Positions 28,176 through 41,700 of a DNA stretch of 64,000 nt are shown piece by piece (positions within the stretch are counted from its first letter, which is position 1; each line of letters starts with the position of its first letter). Under the pieces are notes generated by a model. It was not told the DNA's origin. It did not search any database and was given only the letters and a program-made list of their open reading frames with translations. Made by a program: the position numbers and the translations under genes. Origin of the DNA: Callorhinchus milii (Eukaryota); the NCBI RefSeq assembly GCF_018977255.1, contig NW_024704796.1, positions 124,001-188,000 on the forward strand, written 5' to 3'.

Positions 28176-31100
28176 GTGAGTTTCCAGTGTAATGACTAAA
28201 TACTGAACACGAAGGCGTGAGTTTGGCATGTGGTAGATAGTGTTTGCACATAACTGTGTTTACAAAGTATAGTGACTCACGACAGGAAAACTTCACGCTA
28301 CGCCCACTTTTTTTCCCCTTATTTTCCCAATCGTTTAAAAATGATCCTTGCATTTGACTTGTTTAACTGCCAGGGAAATGTGTATTAATCCTCTTTACCA
28401 TCTTTGGGAACCACAATGCATAGTCTTGGAGTCATGGACGAATGCAGTACAGAAAGTTTCAAATTTAGTAGCTTTGGAATAAGATGAATAGAACAGCTGA
28501 TTTTCAGAATATTCAAAATTCAATGTTTTGTTGATTGAATTATTTTCACAAAAAATTTCTAAACTAGCAAACTTGCAGCCTGAATTTGACATTCCTATTT
28601 ATGGTTCAAACATAAGACACTTAAAGCAAAGGTCATATTCCCCAAGTGTTGCCTTTCATTATTTTTCTTGCCTGCAAAATATACAGTTAATTTACTTTAC
28701 AGTATATTCTGTGAAGCACTTTGAGAAGTCTTGAAGAAGTGATAAGGCGCTATATCAAATGCAAGGATCATTATTACTATATACTCCCCAATTCCATCAT
28801 CCAGAAGGTCCAACTCATGCAAAACTCCACATCCTGTATCCCCACCCTCAACAAACTCCACACCCATCACCTCAAGGCTCACTGGCTCCAAATAGATCGA
28901 TTTCAAGATCCTTGCCCTTCATGTCCTACCTCCCTACCTCTCCGACCCACTTGTATCCCATCTTCTGTCTACCACCTTCTGTCAGCCAACACAGGCCTGC
29001 TACGTGTCCCCTGACCCACTCCATCCTACCATTAGTGGCCGTGCCTTCAGCTACTAGCCCCGTATCCTCTGGAATTCCCTGCCTCAACACCTCTGCTTTG
29101 CCTCCTCTTTATCTTTTAAGTCCCGCCTGAAGACATATCCCTTTGCTTATTCTTAACATCACGTCCTCCTCCCCTTCTCCTTTGCTCAGCTTCCAACCCC
29201 ACCATTGTACAGTGTTGTCTGGCTGGCTACTGGCCACTGGCCTTCTGTGTCAAGAGGCCAGCCTTGAATGTCTAAAGGTGGTGTGTCACAGGGTCACTAC
29301 CAGGTCAGAGTGGTTGATGTCCTTTGTGCTACAAGAGATCGGGCCACGGTCACGGTCATGCAGGGAAAGGTAAGCGAAGCTGGGAAACCAGTGACTCATT
29401 CCAGTACCTAGGAAAGGCAGGTTGGAGATGCAAGCTTAATTTTGCAGGCAAATGCAGTAGCCATTTTGCATACAGCAAGTCCCTTGTCCTTGCCTGGCTC
29501 CTCTGTCTCCCAACAGATCCACCTCAACATCCTCTGTCTTGCCTATCCACTGTCACTGTCACTCACTCACCGTCCCTCCTGCTCTTCATTTTTAAATTGT
29601 GCCTAGCTTTCTCCATTCTCCTTTGCTCAGCGGTCGACCTATCGTTGTGAAACACTCCCAAGTCATTCTCTTGTGTGAAGGGTGTTATACAAATGCAAAT
29701 TGTTTACACACATGCACAGCTGTGACCAACTGATCTGCAAGATTGTTCCAGGGCACCTGAGAAACTCCTTTCTCTTTGAATAGTAATATAGAGCATGGGA
29801 TATTACAGTAACATCTGACAAGTTTTATTGTTGATTTTCATTCTATTGGTTGGTCTGCAAGTTGAGTCTCCAGCACTCGAATGGTTGATGGTCTAACATT
29901 ATGATTGGCAGGTTTCGGGCTGTATTTAGAATACTCGAAGGGTAAATAATACAGCACAAGCTGGCAGAGGGATCCATTACATCTAAATGGAATTCCCTAA
30001 AATAAGGGATCACTTTCATTTACCCGTGGCTTTGGAAGGGAAAAGAAACAGTAACTGGCAGAACCATCTCTCTGGTTTCCCTCACTAGGCGCATAGCACC
30101 AAATGATTAATTAGTAAATAGGGTAAAGGTTACATAGTCAGCATGATATGGAATTGAGCCACTTGGCCCAACTAAATTTATATTTAATTGTGTCAGTGTT
30201 TAAAATCAATAGGTGCCCCATCCCTTCTGTTCTACTAATCTATATTCCTCACTCTAAGGCTACAATATCTTTACTGTAATATAGTAACCAGAATTGTACA
30301 GTTTTCCAAATGTGGTCCAACCAAGGTTTTATACAAATTTAACGTTACTCCTCTTATTATTACTCTTTGGACATAAAGCTCAGGACACTCCATGTAATTT
30401 TTTTATGGCTTTGTCCACCTCTGCTGCTACATTGAAGTCTGAATCTTAAGTTCTTCTGCAGGATCTTGGGATCCTGTCGTGCAGGGTATAGTTGGCTTCT
30501 TTATTCTTCCTACCAAAGTGAATCACTTCCTTCCTTGCTGGAAATGGGATTGCCTCCCAGTTGTTAAAACTTCCTCCTGAAACCACAGCATGTACACGGT
30601 TTATCACATTTATACGTTAAGTGCAATAATAGTTAAATGCCCAGGTGCATTGCGATTTGACAAACATGTCCTTGTTAATGAGACCATGAGGTTTAAAATG
30701 GAATTCGATATACATTTCAAGAGGAAGAGTGCAAAAGAGTAGATGGAAAGAATAGAGAATTGGTTTAGCTCCGACAGCTGATCTGGCAACAGTTTAAGCT
30801 GAGTGGGTTAAATGTGGTGTCATTTCTGTGATGTATTGTCACTAAAAAGAAAGTTCATCTGTGCTATTCCCTGCATTGTGGTTTCTTGCTAAAGCCTCAT
30901 GTAGTGATATCGAACTCATAGATAACCCTCACACTCCAGGGTATTAGTGGGGGATTCCTGCTCTGTTGAAGGGATCATCCTTTGGAGGAGTCCCTAAACA
31001 ACAAATTACATTTGTACAGCGCCTTTCACGTCAGGAGGATGTCCCAAGCACTGAACAGTCAGGGGTCTGCACCCAAGCTACTAAACCCTCGAAAACTCTA

Positions 31101-32639
31101 TCTGCCAGTTCAGGTGAATGTTGTAGGTCCCGTGATGTTATTGGAAAAGAGAAGAAAGTGTCTTCAGAAGTCCTGGCCAACAGTCTTCCAGATAGATTGT
31201 CATCGGCTCTTCAAAGATGTTTGTGAGGTCTTGCTGTGTAGAAATTGAGTGTCTATAAACCGTAATGTCTGGAAGATAATAATAATCCTTGCATTTGACC
31301 TAGAGCCTTCGCATATCATCAACATGCCAAAGTGCTTCATAGGAGTTACTGTGAAGTGATGACTGCATTTCGTAGGTGACTTTCCAGCAATTCTTTCTGA
31401 AATGATTTAAGACATTTTGATCAGTCCTATAACAAATGCAAGGATTATTTCTTCCTAAAGTTTACTGCAGACAGCAAGTGAAAGCCGAGAGAGAAATCCA
31501 AGGCAGGCAATGGATTTATTAAAATACAGTAATTATAATTTATTCTAAAATAAAATTGATCATTCATTTCATGGCTGTTGTGGGGCATTGCTGTGCGCAA
31601 ATTGGCTGCCAAGTTTGCTTGCAAAATACATGGTGATGACATGTAACAGTATATTCTGTGAAGCACTTTGAGATGTCTTTCTGATGTGAAAGGAGCAATA
31701 TCAAATGTAAGGATTGTTATATTTGTGCACCCTAGTGTTAGATTGAAGCACCATTTATCAGAAACAACATTTCAGATACAAATTGTGGAGCTACAGCAGA
31801 TAATTTGATCCATCGAGCCTGTTCCTTCCGCTATTGGAAAGCCTGTAGAGTGGTGTATCAGGCGTCAACATAGGAATGTGCTCCACTCCGGGATCTACTT
31901 CAGCAGGGGTTACATCCCCCCCCCCCCCCCCCCCCGATGATACCCTGAAGTTGAGCATCACACTGCTAATTTGAGCTCTCACTGAATGCATAGCTGGTGT
32001 CAGGAACTCCTACTGAGCACAAAGTGTTTGAGAGCATTATCACCATTCACTGGGAGCGTTGAGCTGTGATTCCGCCAGTTGGAGGTGTGAAGCTTTGCAG
32101 CCGTTGCTGGGTGCTCTGCATGCCAGACTCTGAATGCTGGAGCTTGCACTTGTAACACCCCATTCCAGGTGTCCCAGCAGGGTCCTGGGTGCCTGAGTTT
32201 CCTGTTCAGTGTTCTGATAATTATTTACCTACAGCGAGGTGGAATGAGCTGTGTGGGGGAGATTCCCACACAGGAACTAGAGAGTATCAAATTCGCATAC
32301 AGGATTGTGCCAACACTGCTGGCCCTTGACTGGTTCTGTGAGAGGATTTGGCAGAGACTGGTCTGCCTCCAGGCTGCAGAGATGAGAAAACGTGTACTTC
32401 TCATTTCCTTATTCTCCAGTTTATATTTGCATCACTTATTCTACAGTCAGAGACTAAGCACAATCCTTCTCCTTTATCTTCTTTCTTTGGACATTTCAGT
32501 AGCATTACACTTTCTTGTTTCTACTCACGTCTGTCCCACGGTCTTCACTCCAGTTTTGCAAATGTTTCTCATGTTGCCCCCAGTTGCCTTGCTCCTCAGT
32601 TTTGATATGCATGGCCAATGACACCCAGCTCTTTCATCT

Positions 32640-33256
32640 TCACTTCCACCCTCAATTCCAGGACTATTGCTTGTTCTGATCAAACTGTCAAGTCATCAAG
32701 TCCTGGCTGAGCCTTAATTTCCTTCAGCTGAATATTAACAGAATTGGTTACCTTGGTTGAGCTCCATCAGAACCCGGTGGTCACTGTTTCTTACCATCAA
32801 TGCCGCTGTTTGCTTGCTCACTCTCTCTCAGTAGCTGACATCTTTTATCAATGTTTGATTACCTTGAGGTTAGACCTCTCTCAAACGCTTTTGATTTCAA
32901 GATCCTCTCACTTATTTTCAAATCCCTTCGTGCCCTCACACCTACCTGCCTATCTGATTTGCTTATCACCCATTTCCCCCACCTGCTCGGCTGGCTCCGA
33001 ACTCCTGTTTGCCCCTTGTCCCCTGGCCGTGCCTTCAGCCACTACCCCCCAAAACTCTGGAATTCTCTCCTTCAATCCCTCCGCCTTGCCCCTCCCTCCT
33101 GACTTTCAAATGTCGCCTAAAGACCTTCCTTTTCACTCATGCTTATGGTCAACTCCCCCCTCCCTCTCTCCCTGGCTCGGCGTCAGACTTCGCCACTGTC
33201 AAGCGCTCAGGGACGCTACCCCACGTGAAGGGCCTATATAAATTCAAGTTGTTGTT
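32640..33256 (+). mobile_element. L2 LINE 3' fragment
   Basis: DFKILSLIFKSL, GRAFSHYPPKLWNSL and FKCRLKTFLF motifs; tail gtcaagcgctcagggacgctaccccacgtgaaggg..(gtt)n. Confidence 0.85.
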
Positions 33257-33567
33257 TCCGGGCAGCCTCTCCCATCACCTTCAGCTTGACCTAACCTCTT
33301 CAGCCCATATAGAGCCATAGAAATCTGAGGACATTCAACCTGTATTGCATTAGTGTTTGCTCGTCCAATGAAGCCGTCTCAACTATTTCCAATTCCCTCT
33401 CTCATCTTGCTCTCTTAATTTACTTCCTTTCATATGCTTATCTAATCACCTTATGGATTTCTGCAGAGAAAACTGAAATGATTATGGAGAAATGTGAAAT
33501 GAATGTCTTTGTTTAATACAATTGTTTGCAGTAGGATGGAAAGCTAATTCAGTGTATTGTTTTTCAG

Positions 33568-33712
33568 GCCGGCCTTACCGGGGTAAACCCAGTGACATGT
33601 GGGCACTGGGTGTGGTGCTCTTTACCATGCTCTACGGACAGTTCCCCTTCTATGACAGCATACCTCAGGAACTTTTCAGGAAAATCAAAGCAGCTGAATA
33701 CACTATCCCAGA
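33568..33712 (+). CDS. stk40: STK40 coding exon 7 (GRPYRGKPSDMWALG...AAEYTIPE)
   Basis: ttcag| acceptor, GA|gtgagt donor, 145 nt. Confidence 0.97.
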
Positions 33713-35184
33713 GTGAGTTGAAAGTTCAACCTTTGTTGGTTCAGATTTTTTTCATCAGAATAATTGGAGCTCCTCTGCTGGCCAAGTGGGTAATGCCTCT
33801 CAGCTAAGCCATGCACCAAATGGTCTCTTGTTCCTTCCCCAACATGGGCCTAGTTAGCTGTTCACAGTCAGGGCTATGGTTGGCTTCAGGGTCGCTTGGC
33901 AAGGGAGGGGCAAATCAATAAGGGTTCCTGCTCCTGATTACAGTCCAATGGTATTCAGGTGAGAACAGGATTGAGAGTTAACAAGATCAGTTCTTTGCCC
34001 CTTCACCTGAGACTGGGCACGCTCTCACAAAGATCAGCAATTGCAGTGAGTTGCAGGATAGTGGGCAGTGCTCGTGACCACATCCCATCAGTGTCATCAC
34101 CTTCAGAAAAGGGGAGGAAAACAACTGCTAACAAAGACCTCTTCCGTTCAGAGCCGCTGAAGTCCCTGTGCTGTTAGCTGTGCTGAAGTGAAGCCTCCCT
34201 CTTAACGTGACGGCCAGATGTGAAGCCTCCCCTATAATAGTCCCGAGCTGTCGCCAGCATAAAGCAATAGTTTCCAACTCGTAGTCTTCCATTATATTAT
34301 AATTAAAAGCAGCAACCGATTGTGCAGCAGAACGTTCCAGCACCCTGGCCATGAGTAACTTTGTCCCTTCACATTGTAAACTTCCCAGAAATTGCTTTCA
34401 GTGATCTTTCATTCAGTAAGAGATAGTTTTTTTAGATTTTGAGTGCGAGGTTTGTTTCTGGCCTCGTGTGATCTCTGTTTTGTTCTGAAGCGACTTGCAC
34501 AACTGTCTTAAGTAGCTTGTTTTGTTGGGAGGGTGGCGGCGAATGAGTTGGGAGTGTCTTTGCGTACTCTTCTAGTTTTTGGTCACTCGGCCAGGTTTTG
34601 CTGCTCTCTGACTCATTCGGTTTACATGTCTTAACAGTGTAAAACTGATGTTTCCATTTATAATAATAATAAATTGATCACTCAATCCACGACTTTGTGG
34701 GACACTGCTGTGCACAATTGGCTGCCACGTTTGACCCACAAAATATAGTCAATTCACTTTAAAGTGATAAGGTGCTATAACAAATGCAAGGATTATTATA
34801 CAATATTGAGTGTTCCATACAGGAAAGATATCATAGAGATTGAGAGAGAGGGGGTGCAATGCAGATTCACTGGGATGATACCAGTCATGAAAGAATATAT
34901 AGATGAAACTAGCTAAATTGGGGCTCTTTCCACTAGAACAGAGTAAATTAAAAGGAGATAATGATATAGATATTTAATATGCTGAAGTGTCTGACAAGAT
35001 AGATGTGGAAAATATATTTTAGTTATGGAATTGGTGGCAAGGATTGTTAGAAAAATTAGGGGAACGGTTAGGATGAAATTCCTTCAATCAGAGGGTTGTT
35101 TGGGTTAAAATGTATTTCAACAAGGGAATGAATAGCATTATTCTAAAGAGAACACAGTAAGTACCTGAGCAGTACCAGGTAGGC

Positions 35185-35820
35185 TGTCAGCAGGGTTTAG
35201 AGGACAATGGGGACAGGGATTCTGCCTACTTCACTCATCTTCACTGTGAAAGCCAAAGCCCTAATAGGTAGGGGAGGCCTTGCTGGTCAAGCAGGGGGAA
35301 GTTTCCCAAACAGTACTCTCAAAAGCAGTTTTAGAAACGCAGAAACAAGATAGGCTGTTCAGCTCCTCGAGCCTGTTCCGCCATTCTGTAAGATCATGGC
35401 TAATCTGTACCTTAAATCCAATTACCCGCCCTTGCCCCATGTCCCTTAATGCCCGACCTAACCAGTATCTATCCACTTCAGTCTTGAAAATGTGAATGGA
35501 CCCAGCATCCACTTTTAGCTGTTTGAACTCCAGAATTTCCCCATTGTACACTCTGAGGTCTCATCAACCTGTGCCTGTTATTCTCCAGAATTACAAGATT
35601 ATCTCATCGATAAGCGGGTGCATTCCTCCAGGGAGAGTGTGCACATTGCATTTCAAATGCAGGGAAATATCTATGTAGATAGCAAATTTGTGGAATTCTA
35701 AGTCTGGTTTGGATACTTTTAAGTGTGGAGATGGGTTCGCATGTGTGTCAAAACACCTGGCTGACCCCCAAGAAACCTGAAAAGAGCTGATAAATGGGAT
35801 GAATAATAATAAAAAATAAT
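35185..35820. mobile_element. Unclassified repeat copy interrupted by an antisense CR1 3' fragment (~35340-35545)
   Basis: ccaaagccctaataggtagg..gctggtcaagcag and gtctggtttggatact..gcatgtgtgtcaaaacac modules; ends near an (aat)n run. Confidence 0.6.
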
Positions 35821-35894
35821 TTTTAAAAATCTTTTTTTGAATGACCTTATACCGTGCAGAAACCTCCCATGTTTGACCCTTTTGCTCCTGCTAG

Positions 35895-36014
35895 AGACTG
35901 CCGCGTGTCAGAAAACACGGTGGGTTTGATTCGAAAGCTGCTGCTGCTTGACCCACAGCAAAGACTAACGGCTACTGAGGTGCTGGATTCACTGAGCTCC
36001 ATCATAGCTACATG
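35895..36014 (+). CDS. stk40: STK40 coding exon 8 (DCRVSENTVGLIRKLLLLDPQQRL...IIATW)
   Basis: gctag| acceptor, TG|gtgagt donor, 120 nt. Confidence 0.95.
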
Positions 36015-37548
36015 GTGAGTGTCTGTGTGTTGTAAAGTGGAACCCTGTTGAAATAGACTCCTCGCTGGTCTACCAAGCTCCACCAACCTTAAACTTTTAT
36101 CCAATACATTGCTGCCCACATCCTCACCTGAACCAAATTGCATATCTATCACCCCAAGCTCCGTGTCTCCCAGCCGACCAATTTTCAAAGTCCATGCCCT
36201 CGCCTATGAATGCTTTTCTACCCTAGCACCTCCCCATCTCTCTGGTCTCCTACCCCACTCCTCTGCTGAACTAACGTGAGTTTGTCGCATGTCTCTCTCC
36301 CTCACTGTGTCACCATCAGTGGCTGAGCTTTCAGAATCTACACTCCCTCCACCTCTCCATCTTGTACCCTCTCTGTCTCTGGGTCCCACCTCAAGTTTTG
36401 ATTGTGCATATGGTCACAACACCCATCCCCGTTCTTTCCCTGCTTGGCACCAACCCTGCCACTTTACAGCATACCCAAGACGTTCTCCGATGTGAAGAGC
36501 GCTGTGTAATTACAAGTTGTTCGAATAATGTGGATTCACTTGCGGCATTTTTAGGGTGTGAACCTGACTTTCATTTACCACAAAAAATCCAAAAAGTTGC
36601 AGTGAGCTAGTCAACTTCTCTTGTACTTACATTAAAAAATGACCAACCTCCAGGTCTTCAGGTGGCCAGCCCAGTGTGCAGGAGAGACATTAAACCAAAG
36701 TCCCGTCTGCCTGTTCAGGTGGACATTAACAGACTCCATGCCACTGTTCTGGAAGAGAAGGCACTTGCTTCTGGCGACTCAGAGCTAACAATCCCCCAGA
36801 TAAAATGAGTCATTCACTTCAAAGCTGATTATTTATTATTGCTTCTCTCCCCTCCCCCCACTTGAAGACGACCATGCTTGTGCATTTATGATCCCTTTCA
36901 AATCGATTTTAAACGATACTGGTTTTAAACATATACCCGTATATTCCCGCCAAGTGCCGGCATGTCCATATTGTAATCACCTGTCTTATCAGACTCCGGG
37001 TAATAAATTGGTCACTTCAATCCACGACTCTTTATGGGACGCTGCTGTGCACAATTAGCTGTTGCGTTTCGTCCACAAAATATACAGTCAATTCACTTTA
37101 CAGTATGTTTTGTGAAGCGCTTTGAGACGTCATGGAAGTCGTAATAGGGGAGTATATTAAATGCAAGGGTTATTATATCGAGGTTGGTCATTTCATCTCA
37201 AAGAAGCAACAACAACTTGCATTACCTCACGCCGGGTAGTGTCCCGGAGCCCTTAATTAACAATGAACAAAATACCCACTCAATGAGCAAAAAGGGTCTA
37301 GTATACAGCTATGTTATACAGGCCTCTGTGCTGTAGGGAGGCCTGTTATAATGGGGCTAAACTATTTATAATCTGACAAACTAGTTGCTAACTTTAAGAA
37401 GCAATCTGATACAACTAAACATACAAACGGTGCCAGTGGTCACACCTTCACTGTATGTGTGAGTCATGCTACACTGGCTGGTGCTATGTTTAGCTCCAGA
37501 ATCCGAGTTGAGATATTGCTGATATGACGGTGTGCTTATTCCCTGCAG

Positions 37549-37633
37549 GCAGTCCTTGTCAGCGCTCAGTGGTCCTTTGCAGGTGGTACCAGATATTGAC
37601 GATCAAGTCAACAATCCAGAAACTTTACAAGAG
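37549..37633 (+). CDS. stk40: STK40 coding exon 9 (QSLSALSGPLQVVPDIDDQVNNPETLQE; COP1-binding VP motif)
   Basis: tgcag| acceptor, GAG|gtaaaa donor, 85 nt. Confidence 0.95.
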
Positions 37634-38113
37634 GTAAAACCAGAAGTGGAGAATTTGTGGAAGGGGGTTGGGATAGTTGTGGCCAATCATTAGGCTATTT
37701 TCACTTTTGATACGTTTGGTTTGTTGCGTGTATCTTGGCTTCCCAGTGAAGAGTTGTGTATTCAGTCCCAGTAGGGTTGTTTCACTCACAAAAATACAGT
37801 CAATTCACTTTACAGTATATTCTGTGAAGCACTTTGTGACATCTTGAAGATGTGATAAGGCGCTATATCAAATGCAAGGATTATTATTTTCTTTGGGCAT
37901 AAATTCACACTGGAGCAGATGTGGCCACGATTATGCAAGTGTATAGTGTTTGGGCAATGTCAGTAACCACAGTGAGATGGAAACCATGAAACCAGCGGTC
38001 TGGTTCAGCGATGTATCAGCAGTCAGACATAGGCTGCGAGTTAGCCTTATACTGACCCTACACTGAGCAGTGGTAGCAGGATCGATATAACTGTCTTCTG
38101 CTCTCTCTTACAG

Positions 38114-38329
38114 GTGAAAGTCACGGAAGAATCTTCGCAATATGACTTTGAGAATTACATGCGGCAGCAGCTGATGCTAGCGGAGGGAAACGCTCTGCAC
38201 GAGGTCAAGAGTTTTGTTCACAAACGTCAGTTTAGCAACATCCCTCCAGTGAGGCGCCTGGGCCACGACGCTCAGCCCGTCAACCCCCTGGACGCAGCCA
38301 TCCTCGCACAGCGCTACCTACACAACTGA
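38114..38329 (+). CDS. stk40: STK40 last coding exon (VKVTEESSQYDFENYMRQQL...AILAQRYLHN*)
   Basis: tacag| acceptor; TGA ends at 38329; total spliced CDS 1299 nt in frame. Confidence 0.96.
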   Translation: MKVTEESSQYDFENYMRQQLMLAEGNALHEVKSFVHKRQFSNIPPVRRLGHDAQPVNPLDAAILAQRYLHN

Positions 38330-41305
38330 CGGCAGGAAACCCAATGTGCACTTCTGCACAGCAATCCTCACGCCACGTACCGATCCTGAGCAATAGAGAT
38401 CTGTCACTTATATGTAGCAAAATGGACAGGTGTTTGTCAAAGGATAATTGTACTGATTGGAAATCAAACCAATTTTTTAAAGAAAAAAATTGGAGAACGG
38501 ACATCACAGTATCGTGGGGAGTCGTAGATATTTTAGTTTTACTTTATGTAATCTACCTCTTCATTTATAACTAAGACATATGATCTTGGAGTTATAGATT
38601 AGAGACTCGGCTGAGGCCTTTGTCGTATGCTTCGGACTCTTGAGAGACTAGTACTGCAGAGATTGTGAGAGCATTAAAATTGGGTGCATTTGCCTGTGTT
38701 TTGCATGGGGTGGAATTGGCGTTGGGAAGTGTGGGGTTGGAGGTTTTTTGCATTCATGAACTTATTTTTTTTCAGAATTCGGTGTGGTACAAAATGTCTG
38801 TCAATGGAAAATGTGAAGGAAAACTGCATTCTATCATCTTCTTACACCCCCTCCCCCCCCCTCTCTCTCTCCCCCCCCCCCTCCCCCCCACACACACGCA
38901 CACAATGCAGAGCGGTTTACTGTTTCATGATGAAAAACAGCCTTTTTTTTGATCAATCTTACAATATGAATTTCGCACCCACACTTGGAAGAGAGGTTTA
39001 TATACAGAAACAAGAATATTTGGGATCCAGGTCACTAGAATCAGTTTGTGAGCTTGCAGAATTTTCTGAGCTGTAAAACACTAAAGGGCAGAGCTGCAGC
39101 ACTGCTGCTGTTTCTGCTCCAGCAAGGTGGTCCGAGAAGGGCATTCGCCACTGGATTGCACTGCAGCGTTTACCCCACAGTCACCGTGTAGGCAACAGGC
39201 AAGTCGTGTTGGTAGTCAGGTTGCTGAGGAATAACACAAACGTACTGACGTGTATGTCATCTAGGATTTTACGTTTCTTTACGCTGCAGTGGGATTCGGG
39301 GGCTGAGTGAGCAAACAGCCAGTCACATCTCTTGCTGTTCTGTAAATGGCCACTAGGAGGTGCACATTAAACACATGGATTGGTTCTTTTGTGGCTCCCG
39401 ATAGTTGCCTTTACTCAGAGCTGCACTAAACAGTAAAAGTCTCCCAGATACCATGTAGACCTGCACACTCTGGGCATGTAAGGGGCAAACGTGTGGAAGA
39501 CTATGTATATCCTGGGCAACCACAAACCTGCCTCTTGAGATGAGTTGATTTTAATGGTGAAATGGAAAAATCTCTGAACGAGGGCAGATTGTAACCATGT
39601 CCACAGGAGGTTGTCTGAAGATTGCTTCAGAAGAGAAATAAAATCGGTCTCAGACCTGCTGGCTAAGAGATGGGTGGGCTGTGGGGTCGGATACCAGACT
39701 GTGTTTGGTGTGAAGTTTGTAGTATTGTTTAACTCTCCAAAACCTGGTCAGTGAATATAGTGAATATTGCTGCAGTTGCCATGTGTAGCCTGATTGCCGG
39801 ATTCCGAAACGGGAGCTCAGTCACTGGGGAGAGCAGAGTGATGGTTACTCACCTGCAGTAGTACAGACCTCCGCATAGTCTTGAGCTGGGTCCACACATT
39901 ATGATTGGTTCTTAAATATGACTGAATATTACTGTGAAAGTATTACACAACGACACATCTTAAACCAGTAATAAATGCCTGTCTTGCCTAAAAATTGTTA
40001 ACCTGTGAAAACCACAGACTTATTCAATTTTATTTTGTGCAAACTCACTACGTTGCGGTAACAGAAGTCTGTGATGGGCTATAGAACACCTGGGGTTGGC
40101 TGACCTGCTGTGGCACAGGCAGCCCAACAGTACTCGCTGGCAAGTTATTTATTAAATGTTCAGTAGAAAGCGCTTTTGCTGCATGTGATCTTGGGGTAAA
40201 ACCGTTTGATTATTTTCTTGGTGCTTTGTTGGGAGGGGGTACTACAGTGATGTGTATACCTCGCTGGCACTGTAGGTGCGTCATATCAAGCTCCAATATC
40301 CAGATCTAAAAGGTTATCCCCTTTCACACTTAAGAGTTGATGTGGGATTGATGTAAATCTAACCCTGGTAAATCTGAGTGCAGCCAATCTGACACACTCA
40401 GATTCTCTTGAGTCTCATTTGGGACTGCATTGAGCATCTGTTTGATGTCACACAGAGCTGAGATGTACTTCTGTGTTTGGGGTCATTGGGTTGTGAGCCT
40501 ATTGATTAAAACGTACTCTACATTGTGCTGGTGAAGTTAAGCAGAACGATAGGTAGCAATTGTATTCCTGTGAGCCTGCGTATGGATGCAATAAAACTTG
40601 CAAAATTTGAGAATGGCTTTTGAAGGCCACGGTAGCTTATCATGGGTGCAACAGTTAAGAAATGCTGCCTTCCCTTTGCTGGTTAGTTTAGGCTTGATTT
40701 GAAACTTAGTGAAGAATGAAAGCTCTTTGCTTCCTCTGGGGTGTGCTGCAGGACCTGCTCACAGACCTCTGCTCAGCCACTGGGAGCTCCTCCTCACACT
40801 GCTATCCTGGCTGACATCAGCTCACTCAGTACCGACCAAGAGCCTTTCAGGTCGGAATAGCTCAGCACAAGTTGTGTTTACCAGCTGAACCACTGGGGGA
40901 GCGGAGGAAAATCCTGTCTTTGTAAAGGTCTTTCTTCAAATCTTCATGGTTATACATTGATTTTCTGCCAGTTCTCAGCCTCACTCCAGCTTGGGAACTG
41001 TAATCTATTTCCATATTAGCAATTTCTGTGTATAATTTAAAGCGACTGTCTAATTGAGTGAAGACACGGTAGTTTGGTGTCCTGTCACTCTTTTCAGCTA
41101 ATTATGTGTTTATGGTAAAAGCGATCTGTTTAATTGAACTGGAACATTTGAGTGGCCAGTGCATGATGCGATGATGACTTGGTGTATTAGACGTATGACA
41201 CTTGTAGTAGAAAGGAATCGTGATCATTGTATACAAATTTGTATAAAATAAAGATGACATATTTTTGTACTTCATTCAAAATTCTACTTGCATGTCAGGA
41301 ATAAA
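38330..41305 (+). other. stk40: Putative stk40 3' UTR with several AATAAA signals (39637, 39970, 40590, 41247, 41300)
   Basis: Follows the stop codon; almost free of the recognisable SINE/LINE copies that crowd the flanks; TE density resumes at ~41370, just after the last two AATAAA. Confidence 0.65.
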
Positions 41306-41371
41306 TTTCATACTGTAGAGAAAATGGCTTCTGGATTGTGGTTAAACTTGCCTGTTCCCCTTCAGCCCCTA

Positions 41372-41700
41372 AACCAACAACAACAAAATTACATGTGTAT
41401 AGCGCCTTTCATGTCGGGAGGACGTCCCATGGCGCTGGACAGACAGAGTTACGGACCTGAGCTGGGGGACGGGGTGGGGGGGAGCCAGGGAGATCGAAAT
41501 CACTGTCAAAGAGGAGGAGGGTTTTGAGGTGGGTCTTGAAGGTGGCGAGGGAGGGGGTGAGACGGAGGGACTGCGGGATGGAGTTCCAGAGAGTGGGTGC
41601 AGAGTGGCGGAAGGCCCGCACGCCAATAGTGGGGCGAGCAAGGCAGGGGACGTGAAGCAGGCCGGAGACTGAAGTTGAGAGGCTTGGCTTGCGTCTGGTT
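41372..41700 (-). mobile_element. L2 LINE 3' fragment
   Basis: RAFRHSAPTLWNSIPQSLR..FKTHLKTLLF; tail gggacgtcctcccgacatgaaaggcgctat..(gtt)n. Confidence 0.88.

Noticed and set aside
39347-39365. CTCF-like motif tggccactaggaggtgcac
   Set aside because: Two mismatches in the core and no independent support
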